Part shown: positions 40,892-52,379 of the stretch, piece after piece
How the letters are laid out: each line of letters starts with the position of its first letter
Numbering within the stretch: position 1 is the stretch's first letter
NCBI RefSeq assembly: GCF_002087085.1
Contig: NZ_MWQY01000001.1
Span: forward strand, 1 to 64,000
Length of the DNA: 64,000 nt
Reading direction: 5' to 3'
Translations under genes and position numbers: made by a program
Notes under the pieces: generated by a model
What the model was told of the DNA's origin: nothing
Databases searched by the model: none
The model's input: only the letters and a program-made list of their open reading frames with translations

Positions 40892-41212
40892 ATGAGTGGG
40901 AAGATGAAGATAAAACTGAAAAAAGAGGACACAGTCCAGGTCATCGCGGGGAAAGACGCCGGAAAGAGCGGTAAAGTTCTCAGAATTGACCGGAACAAGG
41001 GACGTGTAGTGGTTCAGGGGCTGAATATGGTCAAAAAGTCCGTAAAGCCCAGGAGTCAGCAGGACAAGGGAGGTATCATCGATATCGAAGCCGGTCTTGC
41101 AGTTTCTAACGTCATGATCGTATGCAAAAAATGCGGACCTACACGGATCGGATATAAAATCGATGGCGATTCGAAGATCAGGGTCTGCAGAAAATGCGGG
41201 GAGGCTCTTTGA
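40892..41212 (+). CDS. rplX: 50S ribosomal protein L24
   Basis: [18 protein letters not shown] motif. Confidence 0.97.
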   Translation: MSGKMKIKLKKEDTVQVIAGKDAGKSGKVLRIDRNKGRVVVQGLNMVKKSVKPRSQQDKGGIIDIEAGLAVSNVMIVCKKCGPTRIGYKIDGDSKIRVCRKCGEAL

Positions 41213-41763
41213 TGGCTGAGTACACACCCAGACTTAAAAAGGTGTATCTGGAAACCGTCAGAAAAGAACTGGTGGAAGAGTTCGGATACAAGTCACCGAT
41301 GCAGATCCCTCGGGTAGAGAAGGTCAGCGTTAGTGTTGGTGTCGGTGATGCCATCGCCAATAAGAAATTCCTGGATTCTGCAACAAAGGAACTGGAGCAG
41401 ATTACCGGTCAGCATGCGGTGAAAACCAAGGCCCGGAAATCCATAGCCAACTTCAAGCTTCGTGAAGGTATGGAGATAGGCGCAAAGGTTACATTGCGGG
41501 GAAATTACATGTGGGAGTTTCTCGAGAGACTGTTGAATGTAGCTCTGCCTCGTGTAAAGGACTTCCGGGGAGTCAATCCCAAAGCCTTCGACGGAAAAGG
41601 GAACTACGCTCTCGGTATCCAGGAGCAGATTATTTTTCCTGAAATTGATTACGACAAGATCGAACGGGTCAGCGGGCTTAATGTTGCAATCGTAACCAGC
41701 GCAAAGAACGACGACGAGGCTCGTAGTCTTCTGCAGAAGCTCGGAATGCCCTTCAGGAAATAG
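41212..41763 (+). CDS. rplE: 50S ribosomal protein L5
   Basis: [22 protein letters not shown]. Confidence 0.98.
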   Translation: MAEYTPRLKKVYLETVRKELVEEFGYKSPMQIPRVEKVSVSVGVGDAIANKKFLDSATKELEQITGQHAVKTKARKSIANFKLREGMEIGAKVTLRGNYMWEFLERLLNVALPRVKDFRGVNPKAFDGKGNYALGIQEQIIFPEIDYDKIERVSGLNVAIVTSAKNDDEARSLLQKLGMPFRK

Positions 41764-41774
41764 GAGTAAACGAG

Positions 41775-41960
41775 ATGGCTAAGAAATCAATGATAATAAA
41801 AGCAGCGCGGAAGCCGAAGTTTATGACCAGAAAGGTTAACAGGTGTCGTGTCTGCGGACGTCCCCGGGGATATATGCGCAAATTCCAGATGTGCAGGGTC
41901 TGTTTTCGCAAATATGCGAGCGAGGGACTTATTCCCGGTGTAACAAAATCAAGCTGGTGA
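41775..41960 (+). CDS. rpsN: 30S ribosomal protein S14, zinc-binding type Z
   Basis: 61 aa; CRVCGR...CRVCFR. Confidence 0.98.
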   Translation: MAKKSMIIKAARKPKFMTRKVNRCRVCGRPRGYMRKFQMCRVCFRKYASEGLIPGVTKSSW

Positions 41961-41971
41961 GGGAGTATTAA

Positions 41972-42370
41972 ATGGCTGTTACCGATCCTGTAGCAGATAT
42001 GCTGACAAAGATACGAAATGCAAGTAGTGCGCGTTTCGACCGAGTTGATATTCTTACCTCTAAACTGAAGCTTGAGATTGTTAAAATACTCAAGAACGAG
42101 GGGTATATTAAAAACTTCAAGAAAACTACCGTGGATGGGAAAAACTACATCCGTATTTTTCTGAAGTTCGACGATAAACAGAAGCCGATAATCCACGGGA
42201 TAAAGAAGATTTCCACCCCCGGAAGAAGAATCTACGCCGGATACAAGAAGCTTCCCCGTATCTTCAACGGGTATGGAACACTGATCGTTTCCACCTCCAC
42301 GGGGGTAACGACCGGGAAGAAAGCTGCGGAAAAGAAGGTCGGCGGCGAACTTATTTGTTCGGTATGGTGA
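41972..42370 (+). CDS. rpsH: 30S ribosomal protein S8
   Basis: [21 protein letters not shown]. Confidence 0.98.
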   Translation: MAVTDPVADMLTKIRNASSARFDRVDILTSKLKLEIVKILKNEGYIKNFKKTTVDGKNYIRIFLKFDDKQKPIIHGIKKISTPGRRIYAGYKKLPRIFNGYGTLIVSTSTGVTTGKKAAEKKVGGELICSVW

Positions 42371-42380
42371 GGGTAGTGAG

Positions 42381-42920
42381 ATGTCACGTGTAGGAAAATT
42401 ACCGATAGAGATACCCAAGGGGGTAAAGGTTAATCTCAACAACTCTGTTGTAGAGGTTGAGGGCCCCAAGGGAAAGCTTACCCAGGAGATCAAAGGCGAT
42501 ATCAGCCTCAACATAGAAGACAGCCAGGTTGTCGTTGAGTGCAACAGCCAGACAAAGCAGAATCGGTCTTATCATGGATTGTACCGAAAATTGCTGCAGA
42601 ACATGGTTACCGGAGTAAGCAACGGGTTCAGTAAAACCCTGCTTATAAACGGAGTCGGTTACCGGGCAGAGCTAAAGGGTAAAGTCCTTGCTTTGAACCT
42701 GGGATACTCCAACATGATTGAGTTCATGATAAACGATGATGTTTCGGTAAACCTTGAGGGAAACAACAAGGTTATTATAAGCGGCATAGACAAACAGAAG
42801 GTAGGTCAGGCTGCTGCCGAAATACGTTCTTTACGGCCCCCGGAGCCATATAAAGGCAAGGGTATCGTGTATGAAAACGAGAATCTGCGCCGTAAGATCG
42901 GTAAGTCTGGTGTTAAGTAA
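42381..42920 (+). CDS. rplF: 50S ribosomal protein L6
   Basis: [14 protein letters not shown]. Confidence 0.98.
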   Translation: MSRVGKLPIEIPKGVKVNLNNSVVEVEGPKGKLTQEIKGDISLNIEDSQVVVECNSQTKQNRSYHGLYRKLLQNMVTGVSNGFSKTLLINGVGYRAELKGKVLALNLGYSNMIEFMINDDVSVNLEGNNKVIISGIDKQKVGQAAAEIRSLRPPEPYKGKGIVYENENLRRKIGKSGVK

Positions 42921-42928
42921 GGATTAGC

Positions 42929-43291
42929 ATGATGAAGAAGATAGAGGAAAAACTCAGAAAGCGTCTTCAGCGCAAACGGCACATCAGGAAACAGATTTTC
43001 GGTACCGCAGAAAGGCCGCGGATGACCGTCTACCGCAGTAACCGCTATGTCTACATACAGGTAATCGATGATGCCGGCGGCGTAACGATTGCCGCAGTGA
43101 ATAACAGACAGAAGGACAGTGCGGATCTGAAAACCAATGTCGAGAATGCAGAAAAGCTCGGTGAGAAGATCGGTGCGCGCCTGAAAGAGCAGTCGGTTGA
43201 TACTGTTGTTTTCGACAGGAACGGTTACAAGTATCACGGGATAGTCAAAGCTATAGCCGACGGTGCCCGGAAAACCGGACTGAAGTTCTAG
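42929..43291 (+). CDS. rplR: 50S ribosomal protein L18
   Basis: RPRMTVYRS, VFDRNGYKYHG. Confidence 0.98.
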   Translation: MMKKIEEKLRKRLQRKRHIRKQIFGTAERPRMTVYRSNRYVYIQVIDDAGGVTIAAVNNRQKDSADLKTNVENAEKLGEKIGARLKEQSVDTVVFDRNGYKYHGIVKAIADGARKTGLKF

Positions 43292-43297
43292 GGGGAT

Positions 43298-43819
43298 ATG
43301 GTGGAAAGACGAGATCGAGATAATCGCGATAGAGATCGGGATAAAGAATTTACTGAGAAGCTGATAAAACTGAACCGTGTCGCCAAGGTCGTCAAGGGTG
43401 GTCGCCGCTTTTCCTTCTCCGCTCTGGTAGTCGTTGGAGATCAGAAGGGCCGTGTAGGTCTGGGCTTTGGAAAGGCAAACGATGTAACCGAGGCGATCCG
43501 CAAGAGTATTGAGAAGGCAAAGAAGAATATGATAAACCTGCCTCTTAAAAATGGTACTCTGCCGCATGAAGTTATCGGTCAGTTCAAAAGTGCCGAGGTG
43601 CTCATGAAACCCGCGGCCCCGGGTACCGGCGTAATCGCCGGAGGTCCGGTACGTGCGGTTATGGATGTGAGTGGTGTTACCGATATCCTGAGTAAATCTC
43701 TGGGCTCCAAAAATACCATAAACATCGTAAAAGCGGTGTTTGAAGGCTTTAACAATATCCTCGACGCCAAAGAGGTTGCGAGGAACCGTGGTAAGAGCCT
43801 TGCGGAAATGTGGGGGTAA
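43298..43819 (+). CDS. rpsE: 30S ribosomal protein S5
   Basis: [22 protein letters not shown]. Confidence 0.99.
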   Translation: MVERRDRDNRDRDRDKEFTEKLIKLNRVAKVVKGGRRFSFSALVVVGDQKGRVGLGFGKANDVTEAIRKSIEKAKKNMINLPLKNGTLPHEVIGQFKSAEVLMKPAAPGTGVIAGGPVRAVMDVSGVTDILSKSLGSKNTINIVKAVFEGFNNILDAKEVARNRGKSLAEMWG

Positions 43820-43822
43820 GGT

Positions 43823-44002
43823 ATGAAATTACGGATCAAACTTGTTAACAGCGTAATTGGACGCCCGCAGAACCAGAGGCGGGTAGTTGAAGCCCTGGGC
43901 TTAAAAAAGCTGAACAGCACGGCTGACCATGACGATGTCCCATCTATCCGGGGTATGGTCAGGAAGGTTTCTCACCTGGTTCAGGTAGAGGAGATCAAAT
44001 AA
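43823..44002 (+). CDS. rpmD: 50S ribosomal protein L30
   Basis: Hand translation [31 protein letters not shown]...[12 protein letters not shown] (below the ORF-track cutoff). Confidence 0.96.
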   Translation: MKLRIKLVNSVIGRPQNQRRVVEALGLKKLNSTADHDDVPSIRGMVRKVSHLVQVEEIK

Positions 44003-44003
44003 T

Positions 44004-44483
44004 ATGGAATTGCATGCACCGAAAGGTTCTACAAAGAAAAAGATAATTGTGGGTCGTGGAAACTCCGCTCGACGGGGACGGACCTCTGGTAAAGGAAACA
44101 ACGGTCAGAACGCACGTTCCGGTGGAGGGGTCCGACCCGGATTCGAGGGCGGGCAGATGCCTCTCTACAGGCGGGTTGCACGGCGGGGATTTTCAAATTA
44201 TCCTTTTAAAAAGGAATATCTGCCGGTAAACCTCGAGCTGATCGAAAAGAAATTTGCCGACGGCGAAACTGTCAGCCTGGAAACTCTCAAAGAGAAGAAG
44301 CTTGTCAAGGGCAAGAACGTTGCCGTAAAAATTCTTGCGAACGGTGAAATAACAAAGAAGCTGACCTTCCAGGTTGATCATGTTTCATCCGCTGCAAAAG
44401 AAAAGATCGAGAAAGCCGGCGGTACTGTTGCCGTTGCTGCTCAGGAGAAAAGCGAAAAAAACGCCGAAGAAAAAGGCGAATAG
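44004..44483 (+). CDS. rplO: 50S ribosomal protein L15
   Basis: GFEGGQMPLYRR. Confidence 0.98.
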   Translation: MELHAPKGSTKKKIIVGRGNSARRGRTSGKGNNGQNARSGGGVRPGFEGGQMPLYRRVARRGFSNYPFKKEYLPVNLELIEKKFADGETVSLETLKEKKLVKGKNVAVKILANGEITKKLTFQVDHVSSAAKEKIEKAGGTVAVAAQEKSEKNAEEKGE

Positions 44484-44495
44484 GACTGAACTGAT

Positions 44496-45818
44496 ATGGC
44501 GACGAATCCACTAGTTGATATTTTCCGTATCCGCGACCTCAGACAAAGGATATTGTTTACCCTCGGAATGCTGGTTGTCTTTCGGCTTGGGGCCAACCTT
44601 CCAATTCCAGGTATAAACGTGAAAGCTTTGAATCTCTACTTTATGTCTCAGCAGGGAGGTGCGGGGGTCGGTATTACCGAGTATATCGACTTCTTTGCGG
44701 GTGGAGCGTTTAAGAACTTCTCCATTTTTATGCTTGGTATAATGCCCTACATCTCCACCTCGATCATCATGCAGCTTCTGGTGCTGGTTTTCCCCAGCCT
44801 CAAGCGCATAAGTGAACAGGAGGGGGGACGAAAGAAGATACAGCGCTACACTCGTTACGGAACGGTAGTAATATGTCTGATCCAGTCCTATGCCGTAACC
44901 ATATATGCAAATCAGATCCCTGATGCCATAAACATAAACCGGACGGCTTATACTTTCATCGCAATGCTGACTGTTACGACGGGAACGATATTTCTTATGT
45001 GGATTGGCGAACAGATCAGTCAGCGGGGGATCGGTAACGGTATATCCCTGCTTATCTTCGCCGGTATCGTTGCCAGGATGCCCGCTGCATTTATCACCCT
45101 TATCGAGAAGGTGCAGATCGGCGAGCTGAACCCTGTCTTCGTTATTCTGGTCCTTGGAATGTTCATAGCAGTCATTGGGCTTGTAATCTACGAGCAGCAG
45201 GGTCAGCGAAAAATCCCGGTTCAGTATGCAAAGAGGGTGGTCGGTCGAAGGATGTACGGCGCACAAAACACCTACATACCCTTCAAAATCAACCCGTCAG
45301 GTGTAATACCTGTAATCTTTGCCTCCAGTGTACTGACCTTCCCGCTGCAGATTGCGGGAAACCTGGGGGGACAGGTAAGCTGGCTTCAGAGTCTCAGTTA
45401 CTGGTTGCGGCCGAACGGTATTCCCTATCTTATTATGTACACCCTCTTGATTATCTTTTTTGCATACTTCTATACTCAGGTGACCCTGAATCCCCATGAA
45501 ATTGCAAAACAGATACGGGAGAACGGGGGATCCATTCCCGGTATACGTACCGATAAGATTGAAGAGTATTTGAATACAATTTTGAGCCGGATTATACTGC
45601 CCGGTGCATTATTCCTGGCTTTTATTGCAGTTATACCTTCCATCGTGCAGATGCTCTTTAACTTTCCTCTGGAAGTGGCTATGCTGATGGGTGGAACATC
45701 GCTGCTTATTATGGTAGGTGTAGACCTTGATACGATGTCCCAGATCGAGGGACACCTGAGGATGCACCATCATGACGGCCTGGTTAAGAAGGGCAAAATT
45801 CGATCAAGAAACCTATAA
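44496..45818 (+). CDS. secY: Preprotein translocase subunit SecY
   Basis: [35 protein letters not shown]. Confidence 0.99.
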   Translation: MATNPLVDIFRIRDLRQRILFTLGMLVVFRLGANLPIPGINVKALNLYFMSQQGGAGVGITEYIDFFAGGAFKNFSIFMLGIMPYISTSIIMQLLVLVFPSLKRISEQEGGRKKIQRYTRYGTVVICLIQSYAVTIYANQIPDAININRTAYTFIAMLTVTTGTIFLMWIGEQISQRGIGNGISLLIFAGIVARMPAAFITLIEKVQIGELNPVFVILVLGMFIAVIGLVIYEQQGQRKIPVQYAKRVVGRRMYGAQNTYIPFKINPSGVIPVIFASSVLTFPLQIAGNLGGQVSWLQSLSYWLRPNGIPYLIMYTLLIIFFAYFYTQVTLNPHEIAKQIRENGGSIPGIRTDKIEEYLNTILSRIILPGALFLAFIAVIPSIVQMLFNFPLEVAMLMGGTSLLIMVGVDLDTMSQIEGHLRMHHHDGLVKKGKIRSRNL

Positions 45819-45828
45819 GGGGACCTAT

Positions 45829-45942
45829 ATGAAGGTAAGAGTTAGCGTTAAACCTATGTGTGATAAATGCAAGGTTATTAAGCGGCGCGGCGTTGTCCGG
45901 ATAATTTGCGATAATCCCAAACACAAGCAGCGTCAGAAGTAG
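45829..45942 (+). CDS. rpmJ: 50S ribosomal protein L36 (zinc-binding type)
   Basis: Hand translation [37 protein letters not shown]. Confidence 0.97.
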   Translation: MKVRVSVKPMCDKCKVIKRRGVVRIICDNPKHKQRQK

Positions 45943-45953
45943 GAGATCCATAA

Positions 45954-46328
45954 ATGGCACGTATTGCAGGTATCGACCTTCCAAATAAAATGACAAAGAT
46001 TGCCCTGACCTATATTTACGGTATAGGAAGATCTTTGGCCATAGAGGTTTGCGAGAAAGCGGGTGTTGATCCCGATGCAAAAATAAATGATCTGACTGCA
46101 GACGAGGTAAACAATATTCGTCAGTTGCTGGATAATGAGTATACCGTTGAGGGCCGTCTGAGGACCGAAACAGCGCTCAATATCAAGCGGCTTATGGATA
46201 TCGGGTGCTATCGCGGCTTACGGCACCGTCGAGGTTTACCCCTTCGAGGTCAGAGGACAAAAACGAACGCGCGTACCCGGAAGGGTAAGAGAAAGACCGT
46301 CGCCAACAAGAAAAAAGCGACCAAGTAG
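45954..46328 (+). CDS. rpsM: 30S ribosomal protein S13
   Basis: [20 protein letters not shown]. Confidence 0.99.
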   Translation: MARIAGIDLPNKMTKIALTYIYGIGRSLAIEVCEKAGVDPDAKINDLTADEVNNIRQLLDNEYTVEGRLRTETALNIKRLMDIGCYRGLRHRRGLPLRGQRTKTNARTRKGKRKTVANKKKATK

Positions 46329-46343
46329 TCAAAGGAGCATACA

Positions 46344-46724
46344 TTGGCTAAGGTTAAGAAGAAGAAAGAGAAAAAGACGGTATACGAAGGTCAGGTCTAC
46401 ATACAGGCTACCTTCAATAATACCATCGTTACTATCACTGATATGACAGGAAACGCCGTTTCATGGGCATCCGCCGGTGGATTGGGCTTTAAGGGTGCAA
46501 AAAAATCCACACCCTATGCGGCCCAGACTACAGCCGAAACGGCGGCCAAGAAGGCTATGGATTATGGCCTTCGGGAAGTGCATGTCAAGGTAAAGGGTCC
46601 GGGAATGGGACGCGAGTCTGCGATTCGTTCCCTTGGTAATCTGGGACTGGCGGTAAAGAGCATTCGCGATATTACCCCCATCCCGCATAATGGTTGCCGG
46701 CCCCGGAAGAGCAGAAGGGTATAA
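46344..46724 (+). CDS. rpsK: 30S ribosomal protein S11
   Basis: [19 protein letters not shown] start. Confidence 0.98.
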   Translation: MAKVKKKKEKKTVYEGQVYIQATFNNTIVTITDMTGNAVSWASAGGLGFKGAKKSTPYAAQTTAETAAKKAMDYGLREVHVKVKGPGMGRESAIRSLGNLGLAVKSIRDITPIPHNGCRPRKSRRV

Positions 46725-46736
46725 GGAGTTACAGAC

Positions 46737-47372
46737 ATGGCAAGATACGTAGGACCTGCCTGCCGGCTCTGTCGCGCAGAACACACAAAATTATTTCTTA
46801 AGGGTGAACGCTGTAACTCCCCTAAGTGTCCCATAAACAAAAAACGTCCTTCCCCGGGGAAAGGTCCCCGCGAAAGGATGAAAAAGATGTCAGACTACGG
46901 GATACAGCTTCGGGAGAAGCAGAAACTGAAGAGAATGTACATGTTGCTTGAGAAGCAGTTCAAGATTCTCTTCGACAAAGCAGAACGCATGAAGGGAATT
47001 ACCGGTGAAAACCTGATAACCCTTCTGGAAAGCAGAATTGATAACATCGTTTATCGGCTGCACTTCGCTTCTTCACGTTCACAGGCCCGACAGCTCGTTA
47101 ACCATGGGCATATAAAGGTGAACGGCCGACGTGTGACTATTCCCTCCTACCTGGTAAGGGAAAATGATGTTATAGAAGTGCATGAAACAAGCAAAAAGCT
47201 TGTAAATATCAAGGAGAGCCTCAAGCAGTTCTCCCGGTCCGGGGTAAGTCCCTGGCTTGAGTTGAATCCTGATGAAATGAGGGGAAAGGTTCTGGCTCTA
47301 CCCCGCCGTTCTGATGTAACTGAACTTGCAGATGTAAAAGAACATCTCATTGTAGAGCTCTATTCTCGGTAA
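46737..47372 (+). CDS. rpsD: 30S ribosomal protein S4 (Cys-containing form)
   Basis: CRLCR...C...C, LREKQK, ARQLVNHGH. Confidence 0.98.
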   Translation: MARYVGPACRLCRAEHTKLFLKGERCNSPKCPINKKRPSPGKGPRERMKKMSDYGIQLREKQKLKRMYMLLEKQFKILFDKAERMKGITGENLITLLESRIDNIVYRLHFASSRSQARQLVNHGHIKVNGRRVTIPSYLVRENDVIEVHETSKKLVNIKESLKQFSRSGVSPWLELNPDEMRGKVLALPRRSDVTELADVKEHLIVELYSR

Positions 47373-47381
47373 GGTGGTGAC

Positions 47382-48434
47382 ATGGCGCGCAAGAACTTAA
47401 TGAAAGGATTCAAAAAACCTAAGGGTATTACATTCGAGCATTCGGAGGTAAACCAAAATTACGGTAAGTTCATCGCTTATCCTTTTGAAAGAGGATTCGG
47501 TACTACCATTGGAAACACCTTGCGCCGTGTATTACTCAGTTCCATACAGGGATATGCGATTACTGCGGTAAAGATTACCTCCTATGACAGTGAGGGGACT
47601 CCGCACATTATTTCTTCAGAGTTTGAATCGATCCCGGAAGTCGTTGAAGACACTCCGGAGATTATTAACAACCTGAAATCGCTGAATGTGCGTTTACCCA
47701 ATGATACAGAGCAGAAAACCGTTCTGATCGAGTTCAAGGGACCTGGAGAGGTTACCGGAGACTCGATCGCGCAGGCAACGGATATTGAGGTAATTAATAA
47801 GGATCTTAAAATTGCAACCCTGATGGAGAATGCAAACATCGATATCGAAATACAGGTGGATCTTGGACGTGGGTATATCCCCGCTGAGACCAACGAAAAA
47901 TATATCGATGTTATCGGTACAATCCCCGTCGATGCAGTGTTTTCACCGGTAAAGAGGGTGAAGTACTCCATAGAAAATACCAGGGTTGGACAGCGCAGCG
48001 ATTATGACAAGCTGGTACTCGAGGTGTACACGGATGGTACCATTGCCCCGGATGATGCTGTAGCCGAGGCTGCAAAGATCGCTAAAGATCATTTTTGCAT
48101 TTTTATCAATTTCGATGAAGATTCAGTAACTGGTGATGATGAACTGGATGAAGATGAAGAGCGAATACGGGCAATTCTGGATACACCGGTGGAAGAGCTC
48201 GAACTCTCTGTCAGATCGAGCAACTGTCTGAAGAATGCGAATATAAAGACCATTGGCGATCTGACTCGAAGAACTGAAGATGATATTGCCAAAACCCGTA
48301 ATTTTGGCAAGAAATCCCTAACGGAAATCAAAGAGAAACTTCAGGAATGGAATCTGTATTTAGGTATGACTGATTACAGTGTCCTAAAAGACTCAGACAG
48401 GTTCATGAAAGGCAAAGAAGAAGATGAAGCATAG
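47382..48434 (+). CDS. rpoA: DNA-directed RNA polymerase subunit alpha
   Basis: [39 protein letters not shown]. Confidence 0.99.
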   Translation: MARKNLMKGFKKPKGITFEHSEVNQNYGKFIAYPFERGFGTTIGNTLRRVLLSSIQGYAITAVKITSYDSEGTPHIISSEFESIPEVVEDTPEIINNLKSLNVRLPNDTEQKTVLIEFKGPGEVTGDSIAQATDIEVINKDLKIATLMENANIDIEIQVDLGRGYIPAETNEKYIDVIGTIPVDAVFSPVKRVKYSIENTRVGQRSDYDKLVLEVYTDGTIAPDDAVAEAAKIAKDHFCIFINFDEDSVTGDDELDEDEERIRAILDTPVEELELSVRSSNCLKNANIKTIGDLTRRTEDDIAKTRNFGKKSLTEIKEKLQEWNLYLGMTDYSVLKDSDRFMKGKEEDEA

Positions 48435-48939
48435 AATTGGATTTAACCGTCTTGGTCGAAAGGCAAGTCACCGTAAGGCAATGCTCAGGAACATGGTAAC
48501 TTCCCTGTTCAATTATGAGAAGATTACCACAACAAAGGCCAAAGCTCTCGAGATACGCCGAATCGCCGAGAAAATGATTACCCGGGCCAAGACCGATTCA
48601 GTACATAATCGCAGGATGGTCGCGCGGTATATCTGGGACAAGGGAATCGTAAATAAACTGTTTACAGAGATTGGCCCGAAGAATACCAACAGAAACGGCG
48701 GATATTGCAGGATCCTGAAAATTGGCAATAGAAACGGCGATGCCGCTGAAATGGTAGTCATTTCTCTCGTTGAAAGTGACAACGAAGCCGAAGGAAAGGC
48801 CGAAAAGGCCTCCAAAAAGAAGAAAGCGAAGGCTCCAAAGGCTGAAACTGCAAAAAAAGACGAGACCAAAACCGTAAAAGCGGACTCTGAAGAAAAATCT
48901 GAAGCATCCGAGGAAGCTGTAAAACAGGAAGCTGAATAA
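48424..48939 (+). CDS. rplQ: 50S ribosomal protein L17 with a charged C-terminal extension
   Basis: MKHR...[17 protein letters not shown]; Lys/Glu/Ala-rich tail. Confidence 0.98.
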   Translation: MKHRIGFNRLGRKASHRKAMLRNMVTSLFNYEKITTTKAKALEIRRIAEKMITRAKTDSVHNRRMVARYIWDKGIVNKLFTEIGPKNTNRNGGYCRILKIGNRNGDAAEMVVISLVESDNEAEGKAEKASKKKKAKAPKAETAKKDETKTVKADSEEKSEASEEAVKQEAE

Positions 48940-48960
48940 TACTTGGCTTGTGAATGAGAG

Positions 48961-48987
48961 AAAGGGGAGCAGGGCTCCCCTTTTTTT
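48961..48987 (+). terminator. Intrinsic terminator after rplQ
   Basis: ggggagc-agg-gctcccc + TTTTTTT. Confidence 0.85.
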
Positions 48988-49087
48988 ATCTTTTCCAGGA
49001 ACAAGCCTTGTCTCTGCTCTTTACACGGAAGAACTACATACCGATAATCAAACAAGAAGACTCTATAAGGAGCTTGTTAACTAAAGC

Positions 49088-52000
49088 ATGCGCCCCGGAA
49101 ATAGAATTGCAATAAGTCTGCTCATTACCATTCTACTGTTTACTGTATTTGTATTCCTGGCTTTTTCCGGGCTCTTCTCTTACATTGAACGGACTTTCTA
49201 CAATAACCGCGTAAGTGCAAACATACAATCAGATCTAACCCAAAAGGCGGCTGCAATACAGGAGTTTCATGAAAACCAGATTGACAGATTCGTCGAAATA
49301 TTCTCCGATCCCCTGTTTTGGCAGGTATATCGAAACAATGTAAGTCGAGAGCTGATTGAAAAAACGACGGATACAGATCGGATACTGAAAAGGTAAATTT
49401 CCGGATATCTTGGATACAGGTTTATTGATGAAGACGGGAAAATCTGGTACTCAAGTTTTCAAGGGGATATCCGGGAATCCACTGCAACCCGAAGGGTTTA
49501 CTATCAGTTTGCGGACGTCGAACCCGAAAATTCTCTTGATGATTATATAGTCCGTGATGATCCTTCCTTTCGCATAGAATCCAGGGGGCAGCGATTCGCC
49601 TATTTGATACCTGTCAGGAATACAATAGATGAGTATCAGGGAACGCTTATAGTATATACAGGGTATTCGGGACTGATAAATAACCTGTCGGGGCGGAGTC
49701 TTCTTGAAGCTGGCAGGTCATCTGCTCTGATTGGTAAAGAAACCTATTTGTTTAACGCTGGTATCATTGAAAATGATGAAATACTCGAAGACCTCGGTCG
49801 CCAGATATCTTCCTTTGAAAAGAATACGGGCCAGCTGATAATCGGGGGCGATTCTACCGGTTTATATAATCTGTATATAAGAACAACTGAAAGGTATGGA
49901 AAACTTGCTTACGTAGCTAGCGCAGAAGAAGTAAGCCTGACAGGACCATTGAAGGTATTGCTGCTTACCATGGTTTTCCTGACAATATTTCTTATAAGTT
50001 TTCTCATATTGAGCATACGCCAGGACGATATGGCCGTTATATCTGAAAGGATAAAACGCTTTCAATACAGCTTTCTGAAGGAGTATCTGAAAAAGAGCGG
50101 GAAAATAAATCTGCAGCGTTGGAGCGCGGATTTACAAAGCCAACAGGAGATTATAAAGAAGAAGCTTCTGAAGGGCATACGTAAAAGCCAGTACGAAGAG
50201 GCGGAAAAGGTTTTTGATCAGAACTGGCATACAATAATTGAACTGCTCTCTCCAGAAGTAAGAAGCAGTCAACCAAGTCTGGATATAAAGAATCTCGAAG
50301 TAATTCTGGAAAAGGTTCTTGAAAAACAGAGAAGTCTTGAAACTTCAATGTCTGCAGGAAGCGGGCAGGACCTGAAAAAGATTAGCCCAAAGCCGCGTAA
50401 GGTCCCTGATAAGCTCGAAGAAGCAGAAGAGCTGGAAGAGGCTGAAGAGCTGGAAGAGGCTGAAGAGCTCGAAGAAGCAGAAGAGCTCGAAGAAGCAGAA
50501 GAGCTGGAAGAAGCCGAGGAGCTCGAAGAAGCCGAGGAGCTCGAAGAAGCCGAGGAGCTGGAAGGGGCCGAAGAGCTGGAAGAGGCCGAAGAGCTGGAAG
50601 AAGCTGAAGAGCTGGAAGAAGCCGAAGAGCTGGAAGAAGCGGAAGAGCTGGAAGAGGCCGAGGAGCTCGAAGAAGCAGAAGAGCTGGAAGAGGCCGAAGA
50701 ACTCGAAGAACTCGAAGAAGCCGAAGAGCTGGAAGAAGCGGAAGAGCTGGAAGAAGCCGAGGAGCTGGAAGAGGCTGAAGAGCTGGAAGAGGCTGAAGAG
50801 CTGGAAGAGGCTGAAGAGCTGGAAGAGGCCGAAGAACTCGAAGAAGCAGAAGAGCTCGAAGAAGCAGAAGAACTGGAAGAGGCCGAAGAGTTCGAAGAAG
50901 CGGAAGAACTGGAAGAGGCTGAAGAGCTCGAAGAAGCCGAAGAACTGGAAGAAGCGGAAGAACTCGAAGATCTCGAATCAAAGGACATGGATATTCTCTC
51001 CTTCAGCGGATTTATTGCTGATGAAGATGCTTTTGATCTGGAGACATTATTTAACCGGCCCGAGGATCTTGGTGATATTGGTGTATTCGAAGATGCATAT
51101 GAGGATGAGGATATTGAGGAGTTATCGGAAATAGATGATGAAAGCGGGAGCTTTACAGAGACAGGAACTCCTGGCAGGAAGGAGGAGCGGGAACTGGATG
51201 AATTACCCGAAGCCTCCGAGGAGGAAGTACGGGTACAGAGTGCAGCGCGAGACATTTATCATCCAAGAAAGGTAATTCCCCTGGAGGAGGAACCTTTTGA
51301 AATTCTTGATGAATTACCGTCAAGCTCGGCGGAGGAAATTCCGTCACCTGTGATGGAGCTTGAAAACAGACAGATTGAGGCTATTGATTATAGACGGATC
51401 GAAAGCGATTTTTCCTATTCACCAGGAGGAACATCTGTAAGTTCCTTACATGACGATAATTCGACTGCCGGGGTGATGGCAGGTACCATTGACAGGGCAG
51501 AAATTGATAAGCTGGCGGATGAGATCAAAAAGACCGGGCCTGTAGAGGTATATTCATTCAGCGAACTTATCCCCCTGGAAAATGCAGTCGAAGAAACAAT
51601 TGAGGAAAATAACGGTGTATTCCGTATAAAGGAATCTGTGTATACTGCCCGGCGAGGGGACTCTCCTCGAAGCAAAAAAGACTTTAAAGAGCTGGTTGAT
51701 TCAGTATTGAAAAGTGATTCGGAACGCGAAAGTATCGAATCGATCTTTGACTTTGGTCCGGTGGATCTCGGGCTCTCTCCGGCAGATCGTGAACAATTCT
51801 CCTCAGGCGAGGATGAGATGTTCGGACAGACAGAGAGTCAATTACTTACTGAGAAAGGTTTTAATTATGATGCCTACCTTAAAGACTTTAAGGCTGGCCA
51901 GATCGGAATAATGAAATCCCTGATGCGTGTTTCCGCTCAGTGTAATGCTGTGTACTCGTCGATACTCGGCTTCGATGAAAAAGGTCTCTCCTCACAATAT

Positions 52001-52285
52001 TCCCTGGGAATGGACGAGGAGTCCAGTCGGAGACTGAAATTTGATAAAAATGATGACCTGTTCCCGATTTTTCTTGACTTCCGGCTTGTATTCCTGCTGA
52101 AGGGGCGCACGGGCATGCCATTTTTTGACTCACGTTTTGATGAAAGAGGACGACACTTCATCGACGGTCATATCTTTATTCCTGTCATCCACAATGGAAT
52201 GCCGGCGTATCTGTACCTTTCCCTCAAGCAGCGCAGGGATTCTGTGCAATTTTACATCGATACCCTTCAGCAATTGATGCAATAA
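49088..52285 (+). pseudogene. Large two-TM membrane protein with acidic EEAEEL repeats, interrupted by one in-frame TAA (49394-49396)
   Basis: ORFs 49088-49396 and 49604-52285 share a frame and the sequence between them is open (ISGYLGYRFIDEDGKIWYSSF...); N-terminal TM, second TM near 49950-50020. Confidence 0.7.
50417..50965 (+). repeat. 18-bp coding tandem repeat, 30.5 units (EEAEEL)
   Basis: 549 bp = 30 x 18 + one 9-bp half unit; consensus GAA GAR GCN GAR GAR CTS. Confidence 0.97.
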
Positions 52286-52320
52286 TCCTATTCGATAAAC
52301 ATTCTCGATTGTATATTTGC

Positions 52321-52348
52321 TTGACAAATGTGTTGCGATATTTATAAT
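52321..52348 (+). promoter_or_regulatory. sigma70 promoter of rny-ymdB-tlyA
   Basis: TTGACA-16nt-TATAAT. Confidence 0.75.
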
Positions 52349-52379
52349 TAAGCGTACATTTGTATCTGGAGGAAGAAGC

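Noticed and set aside
49394..49396. Selenocysteine/pyrrolysine or alternative-code readthrough
   Set aside because: The stop is TAA, not TGA or TAG, and TAA terminates many genes normally in this window
50417..50965. Possible CRISPR array
   Set aside because: Contiguous 18-bp coding units with no unique spacers; no cas genes
50269..51255. Poly-Ser and Leu/Pro-rich ORFs on the minus strand
   Set aside because: Antisense readings of the EEAEEL repeat
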